Shown here: piece after piece, positions 60,118 to 64,000 of the stretch | Layout: every line of letters starts with the position of its first letter | Position numbering within the stretch: position 1 is the stretch's first letter | Origin: Candidatus Latescibacterota bacterium | GTDB lineage: Bacteria; Latescibacterota; UBA2968; GCA-2709665 | Direction of reading: 5' to 3' | NCBI GenBank assembly: GCA_965116875.1 | Contig: OZ220733.1 | Span: 256,001 to 320,000, forward strand | DNA length: 64,000 nucleotides | The notes under the pieces: model-generated | What the model saw: the letters and a program-made list of their open reading frames with translations, nothing else | Told to the model about the DNA's origin: nothing | The model's database searches: none | Position numbers and translations under genes: made by a program

Positions 60118-60528
60118 ATGCCCGGCATTGTCTTCCGCACCCTTTCGGTTGTTGCCTCAGTGCTTTTTTTCACGGAACCTGCGGTCGGTGTGTCGCCGGC
60201 GCCGGCCGATTCGCTGAAGATTCGGCCGCCACAAGGCGCGAATGGCCCTTCCAGCCTTGAAAGGTTGAAGGGGTTACGACAGAGGCTCAATCGAAAACGG
60301 CAAATCGAGAAGCAGCCATTGGTCATCGCGCTTGAGAGGCTGTTGGTACCGAGGTCACCGATGGATAACATGCCCATCGTCAACCCGGGCGCCGGCTTTG
60401 CGTTCAACATGCCGATCGCCAGACCGGACCCCAACATCGACTACAAGCTGCGTATACTCGGAATGGAATCCGTCCCTACCGTCATCGAGTCCATCCGGTC
60501 CGAATCGCGAAAAATCAAGCCGAAGTAA
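60118..60528 (+). CDS. Hypothetical exported protein
   Basis: Signal-like N-terminus and a DNMPI..NMPI internal repeat; followed by a terminator. Confidence 0.55.
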   Translation: MPGIVFRTLSVVASVLFFTEPAVGVSPAPADSLKIRPPQGANGPSSLERLKGLRQRLNRKRQIEKQPLVIALERLLVPRSPMDNMPIVNPGAGFAFNMPIARPDPNIDYKLRILGMESVPTVIESIRSESRKIKPK

Positions 60529-60555
60529 CGACACCGGGTACATACCGATCATAAA

Positions 60556-60590
60556 CAAAAAGGCTCCGGGTTCTTCCCGAAGCCTTTTTG
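60556..60590. terminator. Bidirectional intrinsic terminator
   Basis: CAAAAAGGCT.CGGG / CCCG.AGCCTTTTTG hairpin between convergent genes. Confidence 0.8.
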
Positions 60591-60649
60591 CTGTCGAATT
60601 CGAAAGGATTTCCGGGCGAAGACAACCCGGATCCTAATTCGCACCCCTG

Positions 60650-61879
60650 CTACCCGAGGGTAAGCGCCGCATCGATCAATCTCTTTCCTGCTTCCCACGT
60701 CATCGGCGCGGGCAGATCGGAATTGAACATGAAAGCGGAACGGACCTCGTAACCTCCCCCATCCCATCCCGCCTTCGACGGGAAATAGCCGGCATGCACG
60801 TTCGACTGATTTACGATAAACAAACGATCGTCGGGCCAGCGACGCCTGAGTTCGAGTCCCCACGAACCGAACAGCTGTCCTGGAAAACACGCCAGGTAGA
60901 CATCCCCGATCCGAAACCCCTGCACCTCCAGCTGCACCGCGTTGGGTACCGCGTCACCGCCCGCCCGCATCGCCAGTTGATCCCGGGCCCAGCCGGCCTG
61001 GTACGAATCAGGTCCGGCGCGCGCCAACTGTTTCTTCAGGTCCGCGTCTGTCGGCAGTGTATCCAGCGGACACGTGCAACAAAGCCGCTGCGCGTCGAGC
61101 CGGGAGTCGTCTGTCTGATTGATGTCCACTGCCAGTCTCCGCACTGAACCTGCCAACCCGCCGCCGACCTTACTGACCTCAGCAAAGTTCTGCTCCGGTC
61201 GGTAGGGTCCCACGTCGCCCAGGCAACCGTTGAAAAAAGCAGCCGTTCCGCCCCACGCTTCTTCCAGTTCCTTACAGACCACACCGGGAAAGTCAGGCGA
61301 CCAATGGAGATTGGTCCCGGTCAGGATGGTCGGATGGCAGCCGTAGTTCACCCACGCGGCCACGGCGCGCCCGTCCTCACCCGAAAAGCGCACCAGACCG
61401 AGCATCGAATCGATCGGTTGACCGTCCTTGCGCCGGTTGTGGTGAAATCCGGATTCCCGCGTCTGCGCGAAACCGACCGTCACCGGCTGCAGGTTTTCTG
61501 ATGCTCTGATCACAGCATCGACGATCCGTTCCTTCAGGTCCGCCATATACGACGGGTCGGGTGCGTTGTCGCGGAACCGGGTGGTAACCGGTCCCGAGTG
61601 GGTGTGTGTTGTCGCAACGAGAATTCCGTCGGTTGCAATTCCTGTCCGTTCCCGGATCGCATCCCTTATCCGTTCCGTCGTGTCTTCGCTGAATCCAACC
61701 GTGTCCACGACGACGAGCGCGACCCTCATCGCTCCCTGTTCGCACACAAAGGCCCTCGCCCACAGCGGAAGATGGACACCGACGGCCGGGCTCGCGCGAC
61801 CAGCGTACCCGGCCATGGACAGTCCGATCGGCGGCGTCACATCGACTTTCGAGGCGCCCATCCGCAGCTTGTGCGGCAT
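60650..61879 (-). CDS. Neutral/alkaline ceramidase N-terminal-domain family hydrolase
   Basis: DVTPP..MAGY, THTHSGP, NRR, NYGCHPT, SPDFPG and GGYE. The start is probably ATG 61879. Confidence 0.82.
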   Translation of the reverse strand: MPHKLRMGASKVDVTPPIGLSMAGYAGRASPAVGVHLPLWARAFVCEQGAMRVALVVVDTVGFSEDTTERIRDAIRERTGIATDGILVATTHTHSGPVTTRFRDNAPDPSYMADLKERIVDAVIRASENLQPVTVGFAQTRESGFHHNRRKDGQPIDSMLGLVRFSGEDGRAVAAWVNYGCHPTILTGTNLHWSPDFPGVVCKELEEAWGGTAAFFNGCLGDVGPYRPEQNFAEVSKVGGGLAGSVRRLAVDINQTDDSRLDAQRLCCTCPLDTLPTDADLKKQLARAGPDSYQAGWARDQLAMRAGGDAVPNAVQLEVQGFRIGDVYLACFPGQLFGSWGLELRRRWPDDRLFIVNQSNVHAGYFPSKAGWDGGGYEVRSAFMFNSDLPAPMTWEAGKRLIDAALTLG

Positions 61880-61934
61880 GTCGTCATCGGGGAGTCGCAA
61901 TTGATCCGTTGCAGCGGCTTTCACAGGATTATCC

Positions 61935-61963
61935 TTGACAGGCATGCGCCGATTCTGTATTTT
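61935..61963 (+). promoter_or_regulatory. Sigma70-type promoter for tRNA-Thr
   Basis: TTGACA-17 nt-TATTTT. Confidence 0.6.
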
Positions 61964-62011
61964 AAACGGATCGTATTTTGGATGATAATGGTGTGTTTTT
62001 CATTGCTTTAG

Positions 62012-62171
62012 CAGTCCGTTGATAAAGTCGCTCTGCAGGCGAGGCCGAGCCATTGCGGTCGAAGACAAGGCGCGCGACCGAGTCCCATCCTGCGATTCGG
62101 CGAGGGAGCGCAACGCAGTATTTCGACCGAAAGGGCCGGCCGCAGCCCGGATGGACTTTTTCAACGGGCTG
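62012..62171. mobile_element. 160-bp MITE family B
   Basis: 18-bp TIRs CAGTCCGTTGATAAAGTC / GACTTTTTCAACGGGCTG (16/18 match) with TTAG duplicated at 62008-62011 and 62172-62175. Confidence 0.8.
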
Positions 62172-62174
62172 TTA

Positions 62175-62250
<76 letters not shown>

Positions 62251-62257
62251 TCAACAG

Positions 62258-62296
62258 GAAAGGGCCTGTGTGACAGGATACTCAGGCCCTTTTTCA
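62258..62296. terminator. Terminator between the tRNA and the transaldolase gene
   Basis: AAAGGGCCTG/CAGGCCCTTT stem with a T tail. Confidence 0.65.
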
Positions 62297-62331
62297 TTTC
62301 CCCGCGCATCCGCCGGCCGGGAATCGGCGAC

Positions 62332-63000
62332 CTATACCACGACCGTCTCCCTCTGGTTTTCCTTCCACTCGTTCCAGTCGCTCAGGAAGCGCGCCAGGCC
62401 GTCGTCGGTGAGTGGATGCGCCAGCAGCTTCTTCAATACGTCGGGCGGCAACGTGGACACATCCGCTCCGGCGCAGGCGGCGTCAATGACGTGGAGGGGG
62501 TGCCGCAGGCTGGCCGCAAGAACCTGAGTCGTGAATCCGTAATTGTCATAAATCTGTCGAATGGTCTTGATCAATTCCATTCCGACATGACCGATATCGT
62601 CCAGGCGCCCGAGAAAGGGGCTGATATAGGCCGCTCCGGCCTTCGCCGCAAGCAGCGCCTGGTTCGGGGAGAAGCACAGCGTCACGTTGGTGCGGATCCC
62701 TTCATCGCTGCAGGCCTTGATCGCTTTCAGCCCGTCCAGCGTGATGGGAACCTTGACGACCACGTTGTCGTGTATGCTTGCCAGATGGCGTGCCTCCTCA
62801 AGCATCAGCCTCCACTCGGTGCTCACGACCTCGGCGCTGACCGGCCCGTCCACCAACTCGCAAATCTCGACTATGATCTGCTCGAACGTGCCTTCTTCCT
62901 TCGAAACATGCGTCGGATTGGTTGTCACACCATCCAGAACACCCATCTCGCTGGCCTCACGGATCTCATCCAGATTGGCCGTGTCAATAAAGAACTTCAT
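62332..63000 (-). CDS. fsa: Transaldolase/fructose-6-phosphate aldolase (class 3B)
   Basis: [34 protein letters not shown] and AASLRHP motifs. Confidence 0.93.
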   Translation of the reverse strand: MKFFIDTANLDEIREASEMGVLDGVTTNPTHVSKEEGTFEQIIVEICELVDGPVSAEVVSTEWRLMLEEARHLASIHDNVVVKVPITLDGLKAIKACSDEGIRTNVTLCFSPNQALLAAKAGAAYISPFLGRLDDIGHVGMELIKTIRQIYDNYGFTTQVLAASLRHPLHVIDAACAGADVSTLPPDVLKKLLAHPLTDDGLARFLSDWNEWKENQRETVVV

Positions 63001-63120
63001 CGCTCGCCCTCCTGATTTTGTCGTGATCGAGGGAGATTCTCTATCTGGTGGAAACGGAGAAATATCAGATTTCCATCTGCAGCAATCCGCAGATGATACA
63101 GGACGCGGGACAAGGATGAC

Positions 63121-64000
63121 TCAGAATGCTCTGTCTACGAGAAAACTGCACATCTCCCGCATCGTTTCCCGGGCGTCGGAGGCAGGAATCTCGTTCAGAT
63201 GCGACTCCGCGTCCGCCGCCCACGCCCGACACGCGTCTTCCGCCCGTTCGATTGAACCATAGTGTTCCATCAGTGCGATCGTCCTTTCCACCTCGTCCGT
63301 CCCCGTCCGGGACCGGTCCCGATTCAGGATTTCCCGCACCCATCCCTGCTCATCCGGCGAACATCTGTGGAACAGATCGATCACCATCAGGGTCCGTTTT
63401 CCCTCCGCGATGTCTCCGCCGCGTTCCTTTCCGTAGCCTCCGGAGGTGGTCGCCGGGGCCTGATGAGCATCTTCGGCGCGAACCGTCAGATTCAGCAGAT
63501 CGTCCTTGATTTGAAACGCCACCGCCATTCGCTCGCCGAACGCGCCCACTGCCTGTCTGCAATCCGGGGATGCGCCCGCGACGATCGCACCCGCGGTACA
63601 TGGACCCCTCCCGCTGTACCAGCCCGTTTTCAGGCGCAGCATTTCCAGAAAAACCTCTACTTCCGGGACCTCGCCCGACTCGATCCAGCCGATGTCGTAC
63701 GCCTGTCCTTCAAACGTGCGCTGAGCGCCGTAGAGCATCTCCTGAATCAGATCAAGCGCCACGGCGTCGCCGAGAATCTCCCGGTTGCTGGCAAGTATCT
63801 CGAACACCTTCGAATGCAGCGCGTCGCCTGCATTGACGCTTAGCGGAACACCATGAAGATGGTGCAGACATGGCTTGCCTCTGCGCATTTCCGAACCGTC
63901 TTCGATGTCGTCGTGAACAAGCGCGAAAGACTGGAACATCTCAAACGCAGCCGCCGTACGCAACGCCTTCTCCACCGCGCCGCCCAATCCCTCACATGCC
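63121..64000 (-). CDS. Polyprenyl (GGPP-type) synthetase, N-terminus outside the window
   Basis: HDDIED..RRG, GQAYD, KT, FQIKDD and DIAEGK motifs. Confidence 0.92.
   Translation of the reverse strand, partial: ACEGLGGAVEKALRTAAAFEMFQSFALVHDDIEDGSEMRRGKPCLHHLHGVPLSVNAGDALHSKVFEILASNREILGDAVALDLIQEMLYGAQRTFEGQAYDIGWIESGEVPEVEVFLEMLRLKTGWYSGRGPCTAGAIVAGASPDCRQAVGAFGERMAVAFQIKDDLLNLTVRAEDAHQAPATTSGGYGKERGGDIAEGKRTLMVIDLFHRCSPDEQGWVREILNRDRSRTGTDEVERTIALMEHYGSIERAEDACRAWAADAESHLNEIPASDARETMREMCSFLVDRAF

Overview
Bacterial genomic window, probably Latescibacterota-like. This is inferred from a C-terminal dockerin/EF-hand-like tail on a secreted protein, a DUF6785-type membrane protein and abundant heparinase/sulfatase genes. 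Positions 1-18352 hold a visibly lower-GC, all-minus-strand putative RiPP biosynthetic island that runs off the left edge. In transcription order it encodes a Ser/Thr kinase-TPR-GAF-sigma54 activator, a terminator, a -24/-12 promoter, a 72-aa Cys/Trp precursor, an RRE-radical SAM/SPASM maturase, a beta-propeller protein, a second 73-aa aromatic/Cys precursor, a CxxC redoxin, an ABC exporter, a rhodanese, a subtilase fused to a DUF1611/TIGR04066-like domain, an acyl carrier protein, an inserted kelch lipoprotein and a BtrH-like protein. Together these suggest a thioether-crosslinked, ACP-dependent acylated peptide system. Next come decayed genes (ABC substrate-binding protein, AbiEi antitoxin), envelope genes, a long sugar-acid/sulfated-glycan catabolic region, tRNA-Thr(CGT), a transaldolase and a truncated polyprenyl synthetase. 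Two MITE families with 4-bp target-site duplications and an octamer repeat tract are also visible. All family assignments come from motif recognition by eye; no database searches were run.
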